NCBI RefSeq assembly: GCF_046119375.1
Contig: NW_027362762.1
Coordinates: 157,604,001 to 157,668,000 of the forward strand
Source: Phyllobates terribilis
Lineage: Eukaryota
DNA: 64,000 nt
Direction: 5' to 3'
The position numbers were made by a program, and so were the translations under genes. The notes under the pieces are model-generated. The model was not told where the DNA came from. It did no database searches and saw only the letters and a program-made list of their open reading frames with translations. Below are positions 23,108-36,308 of this stretch, one piece after another (position 1 is the stretch's first letter; each line of letters begins with the position of its first letter).

Positions 23108-26100
23108 GTGAGATCCTTCATGGGGTGATCAGATGTGGAATTAATGAGGAAAGGGGTCACTTATTAAATTAAGGGGGGCTCATTGCTTAATTTAATGAGT
23201 GCTTTATGTAATATATAGATAATTGGATCCAAGCGAATATTCTCTTTGCCGCAAATGTATAACAAGTCTAAAATGCCAAAATTGTGATATTAAAGAGAAC
23301 CTGTCATTAGATTAATTCTGCCCGGACGCCAGGCAGCATGAATCAGAGCTTGACGGCTCAATTAGAGCCAAGTATGTTTTTCTCTGAAAAGCTGTGACGT
23401 TTCAGAGAAAGTATAGTTTGAAAATCTGACCGTGTACTAAAAGGAGAGACCTGACTAGTCCTATGCAATGTCGGCTTTTCCCTGCTCCAATCCAGTTGAT
23501 CAACAAGTCTCTCTGTACATAGGGTGAGACCTGTCAGTCAAATGTAACAGGATGAAGAGAAGCTGGCCAGGGTCTCCATTGGAATAGTCAAAGTCTCCCT
23601 CTATAGTCCCCGAACGGCTTTTCAAACTATATTTTTTCTGAAATGATTGCAAACATATTTTGGTGTAAAAAATCATAACTGACTGCAATCATGCATTTAG
23701 GGTATGATTCCTGCTGTTCATGAATCTAAAGACGGGTAAAATGCATTTGGCTGATCAGAAAATTCTGTTCTGTCTTCTTATACATTCTCACGGTGTCCAA
23801 TCTGACATACAGCATAAACCTACTCTGTCTTCCAAAATAAGCAGATCATTCTCCGTAGTCTAACTTTTTTATTGGTCAACAGATGGATGTATAGAATCTC
23901 AATGTTTGAATGTGGTAAAACTACAATAATACAAATAACAGGTATAAGTATTGAGCTTAGAATATCACATAGCTATGACATCTACAATTAACAGTGAAAG
24001 CACAAAGCAAGATGAAGCTTGTACATGTGAACACATGACCTAGTAACAATCACTGTCTGATTTAACACAACTGCTCTGCTAGACTACTTCTTACAAAATG
24101 ACTGCTTCACCAGGACCTTCTTACACACAATGCATTGGTCCTTCCCATAATGCAACAGGTTTGATGCTCGGTTTGCTGGTCTGCCAATCTTTGCAGGGTT
24201 ACTGACTCGCAGGTAATGTCGACTTGTAAGACTGAGCTATATGAATTAAACAGGCAACAGCACGAACGAACGACTTCCAGGTTGAGAACCTGCTGAAACT
24301 ATTGGGATTTGATATGGTGGTTCGAAGTCAGCATACGTAGAACGGATACCCAAAGGCGGATTTCTTCATCATCATATGGGTCTACCAGTTCAAATGTGTT
24401 GGATCCGATAATGCAGGTCGTTGAGCAATATAGGAATGCAGGAGCTGTAAACCAGGTTGTATCCTTATGGTGGCTCGGTGAGATAGATCTAGTTGCATGG
24501 TCTGCAGGATTATGGTGAGTAGACACATAGTGCCATTGTTTTGGGCAAGTGGATCTCCTGATCCGGTGACATAGACATAAAATCGTTAGGTTTTGTTGCA
24601 AATGTATCCTACTACTACCTTGCTGTCTGAGTAGAACTTCACATCTTTGATTTCTAGGTTCATTTCTGTCGTGATAAGTTCGACCAACTCTACTGCAAGC
24701 ACAGCAGCGCAAATTACCAGTCTGAGTATTGTGTGTTCACGGAGTGAGGCTAGTTCTGTCTCATAACGAACCCTATATGGCATCGTTCTTTGACGTCTAT
24801 GGTTTTTAGGTATGCTACTGCTGCAATCTCTTTTACTGAGGCATCACAGAATATACAAAGTCTTTGCATTTTGCCTTCTGTTGATGGCACGGAAGCATAA
24901 GGTTGTGTCACTTGATGGCTGTACGGGGCTTCAAGAGACTTCCTCTAACCTGCCCACAGGTCTCTTTTCTCCATGGTAAACGGATCGTCCCAATCAGGCA
25001 TCTTTTGGGTGTAGTATCTCAACATCGGTTTACCTTGGATAGTAACAGGAGGTACGAATCTTAGAGGATCATATAAGATGTTTATGACTGACAAGACACC
25101 TCTGCGCATGCAGGGCTTTACTTCCTTGTTGATTTGAAAAGTGAATGTGTCTGCCTTTAAATCCCAGAGCAAACCAAGGCTCCGTTGCATTGGAAGGGAG
25201 TTGGTGTATATATATTGATGGTGGCCTGCCGGACAGACTCTGACAAGGCAGATTTTTGAGCAAGACCTTCCTCCTACAAGTCCTCTACAGATCTCCATAA
25301 ACTGAGAAGTGACTACTCAGGTGTCTATGTCAGTGTCCATCTTCTTTCCGTCATGTTCCTCCATTTGTGACAATGTCCGTGAGGGTGGTTCAGGTTGTAA
25401 AGCTGTGTTGTGTTCTATGCTACCACATTCTGTGCATTTCACAATGACTTCACAGTTCCTGGCAAAGTGATATGTTGTAGCTCAGCATCTGAAGCAGATG
25501 TTGTTTTCTTGGAGAAAACCCTTGCAGTCTTCTAGAGACTTTTCTCTGAAGGCTCTGCATTTTAGCAGAGAATGAGGTTTTCTTATGTAGGAGACACTGC
25601 TTGCTGAGATCCATGGGTTTGGTCTCTTCTTGAGAAGACTTATCCGCTCCATAAGGAAAACCTGTGGAGGCAATATTAGTTTTGTGGACTACAAACGTTT
25701 TTTTTACAAGGTTTGATACCAGGGGCAGTGGAACACGACGGAGTGAAGTCGAAACTGGGGTTATTTCTTATCCTTGCCTGTTGAGTGACAAAGTCTACGT
25801 ACACCGTGAAGGGAGGAAAGGGTACATTATGAATCTGTTTATGATGGAAACCATGTGTGACCCACGTCTCCTGTAAATTATAGGGGAGCTTTTGGTTAAT
25901 TGGGTTGACACCTCTGGTGGTGTCCAGGAATGCCAAACCTGGAAGATCTCCTTCTGTCTGAGCAACCTGTACTTCCATTAACAAGTTTCCTGAGCTTTTG
26001 GTAACCTTTACTCATTATTTTGGTTTGGTCAGCCCCGATACGAGCTGGTGTGCTGTTGTTATGCTGCGAATGTGCTGTATCACAATACCTGTCAGAAGCT

Positions 26101-26479
26101 TCTGGCTTAGGGTAGTCAGTATAATACCGTTCTGATGCGAAGGTTGTCCCTTTAAGTCAGAGGCTGTACTTTCTGTTCTGTAGAATGGTAGAACGGTAGT
26201 TGTGGCCCATGTCATTTTGTTGCATAGTTTCTTGCTTGTAGTACTGCGGTTCAAGGTAGGATCTCTGGTAATCTGCATAGGTTGATTGATGTAGTGGATC
26301 AGGGTTGTCATCTGTTCTGGGATGCTGTTTATATAGTCTGAGACGTGTTGCCCTGAATCTTGTTGATCTAGGTCTGATCCCAGTACATCTCTGCATTTCT
26401 CACATTCGGGAAACTCCACGGCTTCTAGGAATTCTGCCGTGGCTATTGCGGATGCTGCCTCTTTCTCTGCAGCAAGATT

Positions 26480-26665
26480 TTCCTGAGATGCTTGCTGGCG
26501 TGCTCTCTCCACTTCTTGATCTGCCTGCAGGCGTGCTCTTTCTGCTTCTTGATCTGCCTGCAGGCGTGCTCTTTCTGCTTCTTGATCTGCCTGCAGGCGT
26601 GCTCTTTCTGCTTCTTGATCAGCTTGCAGATGTGTTCTTTCTGCTTCTTTGCCAGCTTGTTTTAG
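26480..26665 (-). repeat. 33-bp tandem repeat in the BEL gag ORF (11-aa QEAERARLQAD units)
   Basis: cttcttgatctgcctgcaggcgtgctctttctg repeated, reading in frame within ORF 26015-27001. Confidence 0.85.
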
Positions 26666-27213
26666 CTTTAGATATATCTCTTCTGCAGTGAAGGAGGATC
26701 TGACTGTCGCCGCCTCAGCTTCTGCACAAGCGAGAGCAGCACATTCTTTTATTGAAGACTCACTAGAGCGGCTTGCTTGGGACCTCATCCTGACTGAAGA
26801 TGCTCGGCTAGACATTAAGTGTCTGTATGTGGACTGCTGAATGTCTCTGTGCAGACCTGAGTCTAGGTAGGAACAGACTTCAGCACAGTCTGAATAGTGT
26901 TGCACTTGCTGGAGGGATGTACTTTCGTTACTTGTGACTGTATGACAACTGCTGCAATACCCGTGGTGTGGATGATGGCGGCTCTGTTTAGTCCAATACA
27001 CTATAGCTTGCGATTAGCATCTGTTTTACTGTTCTTTCTTCTTAAACGTTCTCATGGTGTGCAATCTGACATGAAGCATAAACCTTCTTTGTCTTCCAAA
27101 ATAAGCTGACAATTCTCTATAGTCTAACTTTTTTATTGGTCAACAGATGGATGTGTAGAACCGAAATGTATTTTTGTGTGGTAAAACTACAAGAATACAA
27201 ATAACAGGTATTA

Positions 27214-28102
27214 GGCTGTGTGCTCACTATGCGTTTTTTAATCATTTCCGCAGCGGCAATTCCGCTGCAGAAACGCTTAAAAAATGCTTGATAGAAGCTC
27301 TGCCATGTTACCCAATGATAATCCGCATGTGCCGTGCACATGCTGCGGAAATTTCCGCTGCGGATTATCATTGTGGAAAAATCCGCAGCACTAACAATTA
27401 TTTAGCGTAAGGGCGGCGTTTTCGCCGCCACTGACTTGCATTGGAACGCATGGCATCCGCATCACTGCATCTGCAGATGCGCATTCCATGCGTTTCCATG
27501 TGCGGATGGTACCCGGGTTTGGAGAAGATGAGACTCTCCTCCAGACCCGGGTACCATAGTACCTGTTAAATAAAGAATAAAATAAAAAATATACATTATA
27601 CTTACCTTCTGATGGCCCCTGGTGTCCTTATCCGATGCGTCCTGGCTTGCCGGCAGCTCGCGATGGTCTGAAAAGGACCTGCGCTGACGTCATTTAGTCA
27701 TGTGATGGGTTGCGCGACCGCTGACGTCAGCAGGTCCTTTAGTCTACCGCGAGCTGCCGGCAAGCCAGGACGCATCGGATAAAGACACCGGGGGCCATCA
27801 GAAGGTAAGTATAGATTTTTTTTTTATTTTTTACCATTCTTTACTGTCACACTACATAAATCCATGCCGTTTGCATGGATTTATATAGTGTGACCAAGTT
27901 GTCAAGCACTTTCCAAGTGATGCTAAAATTGCTTGGAAAGTGCTTGACAACCCGCATGCGGAAATGCATGTGAAGAACGCTTCACTTCCGCATGTCCCTG
28001 GCATGAAAAACGCATGTACAATCCGCATGTACAATTCTGCCAGGGAGATGCAGAAACGCTCAGGAAAAATCCGGAGCATTTTTGTATCGTGGGCACATAG
28101 CC
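27214..28102. mobile_element. PIF/Harbinger-like MITE inserted in the BEL 5' LTR
   Basis: tta|ggctgtgtgc ... gcacatagcc|tta (3-bp TTA TSD) with a long internal palindrome at about 27597-27812. The LTR sequence resumes after the insert. Confidence 0.85.
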
Positions 28103-28966
28103 TTAATATTGAGCTTAGAATATAATATAGCTATGATATTTACAATTAACAGTGAAAGCACACAGCCAGATCGAGCTTGTACTTGTGAACACATGACTTA
28201 ATAAGAATCACCTTCTGATTTAACAACGTTTTTGAATATACAATATCACAGGAACAGAAATTGTTCCCTTACCAGATGTACTTTGTCCAGGATAATGGAG
28301 TTTTAGTAACAATGCAAGAGAAAGTTTTACACAACTGTTCTGCTAGACTGCTTCTTACAAAATGACTGCTTCACCAGGACCTTCCTACCCACAATGCATT
28401 GGTCCCTCCCACAATGCAACAGACTGCTGTACAGAAAAACAACATGTAATATAATTAAACATCACCAGATGGTGCTATTATCACATTAGATGTCACTAAC
28501 AGAGTTTTACAGCTTATTAAAATGACAACAGTAATTTTAACCTCGTCTTTTGTCCCAATGGGCAGAATAAATTCATTTGTCATAAAAAAATAATTTTCAA
28601 TTCAATTTAAAGGGTATATAAACCTTTGATTATAGGACTTTTCCACCGTTAACTTTTTTAATTTTGCAGGCATGCCCTGTGTACAAAATTAGCCTTGCTG
28701 CCTCTCCACCGTTCCTTTGGTGTTTGTTTACATGGCTGCAGTGGTGACATCACAACTACAGTAAGTGACCGCTGCAGCCAAACTCTAGGCTCAAGTTTCT
28801 CATTCACTGCTCAGCCATGTAAGTGCCACTGCTGCAGCTATGTAAAAAAAAGACTAGGATCGGCAATGGAGAGGCAATGCTGGAAAGTCCATGGAGTAAG
28901 TAATGCTGATTTTACTATTTTTACAAATAAACCCATTACTTTTAATTTGTTATTTTCTCTTTCTAG

Positions 28967-29114
28967 GAAACGATATCAGCAAAGATGAGATAAAGGCTGT
29001 CTGTGAGATCTTGTATCAGGCAGACGTGAACAAAGCTGAAGAATCGGATATTACGTTACATAAACAGGAAATGTCACAAAATACCAAACTAAAAGAAGAT
29101 CTGTGTGATAAGCC
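28967..29114 (+). CDS. endou: endou coding exon: start of the EndoU domain
   Basis: ttctag| acceptor, |gtaagt donor, 148 nt, phase 1-2. Encodes NDISKDEIKAVCEILYQADVNKAEESDITLHKQ...DLCDKP. Confidence 0.93.
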
Positions 29115-30655
29115 GTAAGTCCTATCATCATCGGGGAAGTAGGGGAGTAGGGGGTAGTTACCAAGAACCTACGTAAGTACAAGCCCTGTAGGCCTATGAA
29201 GGTTTACACAAATCACATAAAATGCACAAAAGAATTACCAATATCCCTTGTCTTTCCTTAATCTCCTCCTTTTCTATGATCCTGTTTTGTATCATATTAG
29301 AATTAAAGCTGAGAGATGTTTAAAGAAATATTATCTATCTCAGGAGCTCAGCCATGTCCTCCTTCTCACCTTCCTGTGACAACTGACTGCCCCAAAAGCC
29401 TCCCTGATGTGTCCTGTCTGCAATAGGACAAAATATTACCAAGTCCCACCCCAATGACTAAGCATGATTCATCTGCCCACCAGCCAAAGATAGAACTGTT
29501 CTTCAAGAAAATAACCCCTGCGCTCTTTGCAGGGTTTCTACAAGATTGACTGCCCCAGGATTATGCAGAAAATACAGCAGCCTGACAAACAGTGAGGGCA
29601 AATGTAGATGCAGCTATGTTTATCATGACTCGCAAACCAAAAGGTTATCTCACTTAAAGTGGTTGTCGACTACTTGCAACCCCTAATTAATGGACCCAAC
29701 CAGGTGAAAGCAATAATAAAAAAAAGATACTCACCTCCTGAGCCATTCATTCACACATAATGCTGCATCTAGAAATGAGTGGCTCAAGCAGAATTCAGAT
29801 TCGCCTGTTTGCTGCCATGTTCCCAGGAAATTCGATTTGCAGAGAAGTTCTTCTCCACAAACTGAATATACCTTATTTTGCTCGGGGGAAAGCTCTCAGA
29901 GTATAATAAACATAAGATGTGAAAAAAAAAATCACATAAGGAATATTCAAGTAGAATTCAAGTCCACCCAAATGTATACACTCATCTCTAGCTGAAACCC
30001 CTGCTAGTACCCTGGCATGAACATCCAGTGGAGGTATCTCATGAGCAAAATGTATTTTTTAATTTTCACGGCTCAACGTTATAAACTTTTTGAAGGACCT
30101 AGGGATTCAAACTGCTCACCAACCCTCTAGATAAGTTCCTTGAGGGGTGTAGTTTCCAAAATGGGGTCACTTATGGGGGATTTCCGCTGTTTAGGCACAT
30201 CAGGGGCTCAGCAAACTCGACAAGGCGTCCGTGATCTATTCCAGACAATTTTGTTTTGCAAAAGTCAAATGGTGCTCCTTCTCTTCCAAGCTCTGCCGTA
30301 CACCCAAACAGTAGTTTTCCACCACATATGGGGTATCAGTGTACTCAGGAGAAATTGTATTCTGGTATAGTACAAACACACCAGAGAAAACTGACAAAAT
30401 TGATCCCATTAGTTTGTATAGTTTTGTCTACGGTGGCATGATTTGAGACTCTAAACTGGTGTGCGCAAAATATCATCAGCTCCAATTGCTGTGCCCTTGC
30501 TGATGATGGCGGATATGTCACTGTGGGTCCATGTTTTGTAGTGTCTTCAAAGGCTTTATTTTGCTAATAAATACTGTCAAGAAAAAGGACAAATCCACTT
30601 CTTCTTTGGTGGTTGATGATGATGATTCATAACACAGAGTTTTTTATTTTATCAG

Positions 30656-30855
30656 ATTGTACCAGTTTGTGAATGAAAATATATTTAAAAGGCCAACATA
30701 CAAATCATTTATTGCCCTGCTGAACAATTATGACAGAAAGACTGGAACTGATGAAACATTCACAGAGGAAGAAATTGAGGAGCAGAATATATTCATCCAG
30801 GAGATTCTGAAAACAAAAGTTATGAAGGAACTCTTTAATTTTTTTCACAAAAAAG
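30656..30855 (+). CDS. endou: endou coding exon
   Basis: ttttatcag| acceptor, AAG|gtaaat donor, 200 nt, phase 2-1. Encodes LYQFVNENIFKRPTYKSFIALLNNY...VMKELFNFFHKK. Confidence 0.95.
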
Positions 30856-31613
30856 GTAAATTCTGAATATCAAAATAAGTAATAAGATTAATATATTTAT
30901 ATTGAAAGAACTGTTCAGAAAAAGCTCTAACAACTATTGAATGAAATTGGATTAAACTGCTGATACCTGTAGGGAATCAGAATTGGTGCCTAATTCGCTG
31001 ATAGTCATAATGCCCCTCATTTATCAAAGCATAAGACAGTTTACATCAGGGGTTAGCGATCTAATCTAAAGCGCTCAGTATACCATGCAACATGAAAGTC
31101 AGAGAACACAAATTGTGAGGGTACGTTCATAAGGTTTGGATTTTCTGGAGTGAAAATCTACTGTATGTCATGGTACCAGTATTAGATAAGGTAAAACCTG
31201 ATGTAAAACTTCTCCAGTATAAATTGACATGCCATTATCGTTCTTTTTAACGTGTGGAAGAAATTTCAAAATCTGCTGCCGGTCAAAATCACTGTCTTGC
31301 TACTAAAATATGTTTTATCATAAAAAAACAGACACACAAAAAGAGTAAACATAATTGGTATCACCGCTATCATAACGACACAAACTATATTATCCTGTAC
31401 ACTAAAGACCATTAAAAAATTTCAAAATTTCTGTTTTGGTCTATTCAAAATAATAATAATAATAATAATAAAAAAAAACTGAATCAAAAATGAATAAACA
31501 GTTGTATGTTCTCCAACAAGGTACCAAGAGAAATATATCTCATCACACAAGAATATAAACTCCACCAGCAAAAACATAAAACAGTTATGGCTCTTGAAAG
31601 AGAGTGATACGAC

Positions 31614-31644
<31 letters not shown>

Positions 31645-31939
31645 TATTTTATTGTGCAGTCATTTAAAGGGTTTTCCCACAAACAAACTACATTTTAATC
31701 AATAGATCTTGGAATAATAATAACTTCCACAATTGGATATATTAAAAAAATGTTCCTGTGCTGAGATAATCTTATAAATATGGTCCTGCTATGTACTGTG
31801 TAATGGCTGTGTCTGACCATGCAGGAATATAGTCTGTAGTTAGGAATTTCACAGCACACTCTTATGTCACAAATGGAAATTCTTTATTACCACGTGCAGG
31901 TATATTCAGACTTTTCTAAGGTGCAGGATTTAAAGTGAC

Positions 31940-31946
31940 ATTATTA

Positions 31947-31982
<36 letters not shown>

Positions 31983-34800
31983 TACTATTATAGTGCCATT
32001 TATTCCATGGCACTTTACATGTGAAAAAGGGGTATACATACAAGAACAATTACACTAATCTTGAACACAATGTGACAGTGACTGGTACAGGAGGAGTGAG
32101 GTCCTTGCCCGCGAGGGCTCACAATCTACAAGGGATGGGTGAGGATACAGTAGGTGAAGGTAGAGCTGGTCGTGCAGCGGTGTGGTGGATCAGTGGTTAC
32201 TGCAGGTTGTAGGCTTGTCGGAAGACGTGGGTCTTCAGGCTCCTTTTGAAGGTTTCCACGGTAGGCGAGAGTCTGACGTGTTGGGGCAGAGAGTTCCAGA
32301 GTAGGGGGGAAGCAAGGGAGAAATCTTGTATGCGATTGTGGGAGGAGGAGATAAGAGGGGAGTAGAGAAGGAGATCTTGTGAGGAGGCTGCGTGCGGGTA
32401 TGTAACGGGAGACTAGGTCAGAGATATATGGAGGAGATAGGTTGTGAATGGCTTTGTATGTCATGGTTAGGGTTTTGAACTGGAGTCTCTGAGCAATGGG
32501 GAGCCAGTGAAGAGATTGACAGAGAGGAGAGGCCGGGGAATAGCGTGGGGACAGGTGGATTAGTCGGGCAGCAGAGTTTAGGATGGATTGGAGGGGTGCA
32601 AGAGTGTTGGAAGGGAGGCCACAGAGCAGGAGGTTGCAGTAGTCAAGGCGGGAGATGATGAGGGCGTGCACTAGTGTTTTTGCATATTCGTGGTTGAGGA
32701 ATGTGCAGATCCGGGAGATATTTTTGAGTTGGAGTCGGCAGGAAGTGGAAAGGGCTTAGATATGTGGTTTGAAGGAGAGTTCAGAGTCCAGGGTTACCCC
32801 AAGGCAGCGAGCTTGATGGACTGGGGAGAGTGGGCAGCCATTGACGTTGATAGATAGGTCAGTTGGGGGGGGGGGTAAATGAGATGGCGGAAAGATGATG
32901 AATTCTGTTTTGTCCATGTTAAGTTTTAGAAATCTAGCAGATAAGAAGGATGAAATAGCAGACAGACATTGTGGGATTTTGGTTAGTAAGGTGGTGATAT
33001 CGGGTCCAGAGAGGTAGATCTGTGTGTCATCAGCATAGAAGTGATAATGAAAGCCATGAGACTCTATGAGCTGTCCCAGGCCGAAGGTGTAGATGGAGAA
33101 GAGCAGGGGTCCTAGAACTGAACCTTGGGGGCCACCGACAGATAGGGGGCGAGATGAGGAGGTGGTGTGTGAGTGGGAGACACTGAATGTCCTGTCTAGG
33201 TATGAGAAGATCCAGGATAGGGCCAAGTCTGTGATGCCGAGAGATGAGAGAGTTTGTAGTAAGAGGGAATGGTCCACTGTGTCGAAGGCAGATGACAGGT
33301 CTAGGAGGAGGAGGACAGAGTAGTGTCGCTTAGATTTGGCGGTTAGTAGGTCGTTGGTGACTTTAGTCAGTGCAGTTTCAGTAGAATGGTGCGGTCGGAA
33401 ACCAGATTGTAGGCGGTTGAAGAGGGAGCAGGAGGAGAGGTGGGAGGACAGCTCAGAATGGACGTTTTGTTCCAGTAGTTTTGAGGCATAGGGGAGAAGT
33501 GATATGGGACGATAGCTAGTCAGAGAGGATGGGTCAAGAGAGGGCTTTTTGAGGATGGGTGTGATTGAGGCATGTTTGAAGCATGAGGGGAAGACACCAG
33601 TTGTTAATGACAGGTTGAAGAGGTGGGCTAGGGCTGGGATGAAGATAGTGGTAAGGTTTGGGATGAGGTGGGACGGGATTGGGTCAAGTTTACAGGTTGT
33701 GAGGTGTGATTTGGAGAGTAAAGAGGAAAGTTGATCTTCCGTAATGGTGGAGAAGATGGTTTTGGAGGAGGAGGGTTGAGCAGGTGTGGGGAGGGGCTGT
33801 GAGGGCTTTAGGCAAAAGCTTTGTCTGATATTGTCAATCTTCTGCTTGAAGAATGAGGCAAAGTCTTTGGCTGAAATAAGAGGAGAGGGAGGAGGCACTG
33901 AGGGGCGGAGGAGAGACTTGAAGGTGTTGAATAGTTGTTTGGGGTTGTGAGACAGGGAGGATATGAGAGATGCGAAGTATGTTTGTTTTGCTGCAGTGAG
34001 TGTGAACTTGAAGGTAGTGAGGGACTGTTTGAATGCGATGAAGTGCTCATTGGAGTGGGACCTTTTCTATCTACGCTCAGCAACCCTGGAGGCCCATCGC
34101 AGTTCTTTAGTTAGGCTGGTGTGCCAGGGTTGTCTGTTGATTGTGCGAGCTTTGGTATGTGTGAGGGGGGCGACCGAATCGAGAGCTGCAGCTGTTGTGG
34201 TGTTGAATAAAGTGGAAGCAACATCGGCATCATGTAAGAAACTAATGTCTGTAAGAGGGAGAAGGGATTCAGAGAGTGAGTGTAGGTCAAGGTGTTTGAG
34301 ATTTCTCCGAGGGTTTGTGGAGTGGGGATTGTAGCCCTGGAGAGGAGAGGGTAGAGAATGTAAGTAGGTTGTGGTCAGAGAGAGGGAGATGTGAGTTAGA
34401 GAGGTTAGATAGGGAACAGAGGCGGGTGAAGATGAGGTCCTGTGTGTGGCCATCTTTGTGGGTGGGTGTGGAAGACCACTGAGTAAGACCAAAGGAGGAA
34501 GTGAGGGGTAGAAGCTTAGACGCAGCTGAGAGGGAAGTGTCAATGGGGATGTTAAAGTCGCCCATGAGGATAGTGGAGATGTCAACGTAGAGGAAATGAA
34601 CTAGCCAAGTGGTGAAGTGTTCAAAGAAAGTGCTGGTTTATCCTGCGGGGCGGTAAATGACAGCCGGTTGGAGGGGGAGAAGATGCGCACGCAGTGCACT
34701 TCAAAAGAGGGGAGAGTAATTGAGGGTGGCAGTGGGATATGGATGAAGGAGCAGTTATCTGAGAGGAGGAAACCTATTCCTCCACCGTGCTTGCTTTTTG
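31940..34800 (-). mobile_element. L2-clade LINE, 5'-truncated and frameshifted
   Basis: (TAA)n tail at 31940-31990, RT ORF 32756-33898 ([13 protein letters not shown]), endonuclease fragments (MGDFN, GHTQDLIFT, SDHNLL) and C-terminal SRLDYCN. Confidence 0.92.
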
Positions 34801-35330
34801 TTTCCAGCCAGGTACAACTAGGCATCTGGGGGATGGGGGCAGCCCTTTCCTGCCTGCTGTACCTGGCTGGACACAAAAATAGGGCGAAGCCCCACTTATT
34901 TTTTTTTTAAATTATTTCATGAAATTCATGAAATAATTTAAAAAAAATTGACATGGGTCTTCGCCCTATTTTTGTATCCAGCCAGGTACAGCATCCAGGA
35001 ACGGGCTGCACCCAACCACCAGCTGCCTATTTGTACCTGGCCAGACACAACAATATAGGGAAGTCCTTTTTTTTTTATTATTTCATGAAATAATTTAAAA
35101 AAAAAATACGTGGGGCTTCGCCCTATTTTTGTGTCCAGCCAGGTACAGCAGGCAGGAACGGGCTGCCCCCATCCCCCAGATGCCTATTTGTACCTGACTG
35201 GAAACAAAAATACAGGGAAGCCCTTTTTTTAATTATTTCATGAATTTTATGAAATAATTTAAAAAAAAAATACGTGGGGCTTCGCCCTATTTTTGTGTCC
35301 AGCCAGGTACAGCAGGCAGGAACGGGCACT
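34800..35330. repeat. ~160-175-bp tandem array, each unit containing an inverted repeat
   Basis: ccagccaggtaca at about 34805, 34979, 35135, 35298, with the reverse complement tgtacctggctgg inside the units. Confidence 0.8.
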
Positions 35331-36228
35331 TAGCCTCGCTCTTCCCACTGCCCTGTAGCGGTGGCAGTGGGGTAATAGGGTTGGGGTTGATGTCAGCTTA
35401 TAATGCCAGCTGACATCAAGCCCAGATTAGTAATGGAGAGGCGTCTATAAGACACCCCCTTTACTAACCCCATAGTCAAAGTTAAAAAAAAAACACAAAC
35501 ACCCAGAATAAAGTCCTTTAATTGAAATAAACACACAATTCTTTAATGTTCTAAATTAAACCATACTTACCATCACGCCCATTCCAGCTGAAGCCAACGA
35601 TCTCCTGCAATAAAAATAAAATAATAAACCAACCTCATCCTTACCTTTCCATGGTTCCCAGGACGGCTCCAGCTCTGCTACATTCACATGACAGGCTGGA
35701 TCGCAGCCAAAAGCTGCCATCCAGCTTGCCATGCCGCAGACACTGAGAAGCGCAGGCATGCTTGCGCTCCTCAGTGTCTCGCTGTGACGGCATCCAGATG
35801 AGCCGAGTTCATGTCCAATGAACTCAGCTCACCTCATGCACGTCACTGACAGCATGGGAGAATTCTCCTGCGCTCAGCGCTTCAGCAGGAGAATTCTCCC
35901 ACGCTGGGATGGAATTGAGATGACAGGCTGGATCGCAGCTGAGCGCAGGAGAATTCTCCCACGCTGTCAGTTAGTCTTTATATATATTATCTGTATAGAT
36001 TGTTTGTATTTGTGTTTGTATTTATTTTTTCACTGACGAAATGTATTTATCTCCTCTCTTCATAGCGACTCTGTGATAAAGACCTGGGACTGAGTAGAAA
36101 CATTATATGTCTGTGTCCATCACCTTAAGTGTGGCCATTGCTTAAGTGTGTGAAACATGAATTAATCCTGAATAATGCGATGCATGCAGACTGTACCTTA
36201 CCTGCCACCACCGCACTCTAATCAGCAT

Positions 36229-36308
36229 TAGTGATGAGCGAGCATGCTCGCCACTGCTCGGTACTCACCCGAGCATCTCCGTACTCGAGATGCTCGGAGC
36301 TCGCCGAC
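36229..36308. mobile_element. Isolated hAT terminus abutting the truncated Gypsy
   Basis: TAGTGATGAGCGAGCATGCTCG plus subterminal ctcg repeats. No partner end was found. Confidence 0.7.

Larger units (their letters stand above)
23765..28421 (-). mobile_element. Degenerate BEL/Pao LTR retrotransposon with internal deletions
   Basis: Related LTR-like blocks at about 23765-24157 and 27022-28421 (both end tgcaaca on +). Gag-like ORF 26015-27001, ICFRC knuckle, Pao motifs QRSLGLLW, RLVICAAVLAVEL and HNPADHATR. No integrase seen. Confidence 0.85.
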
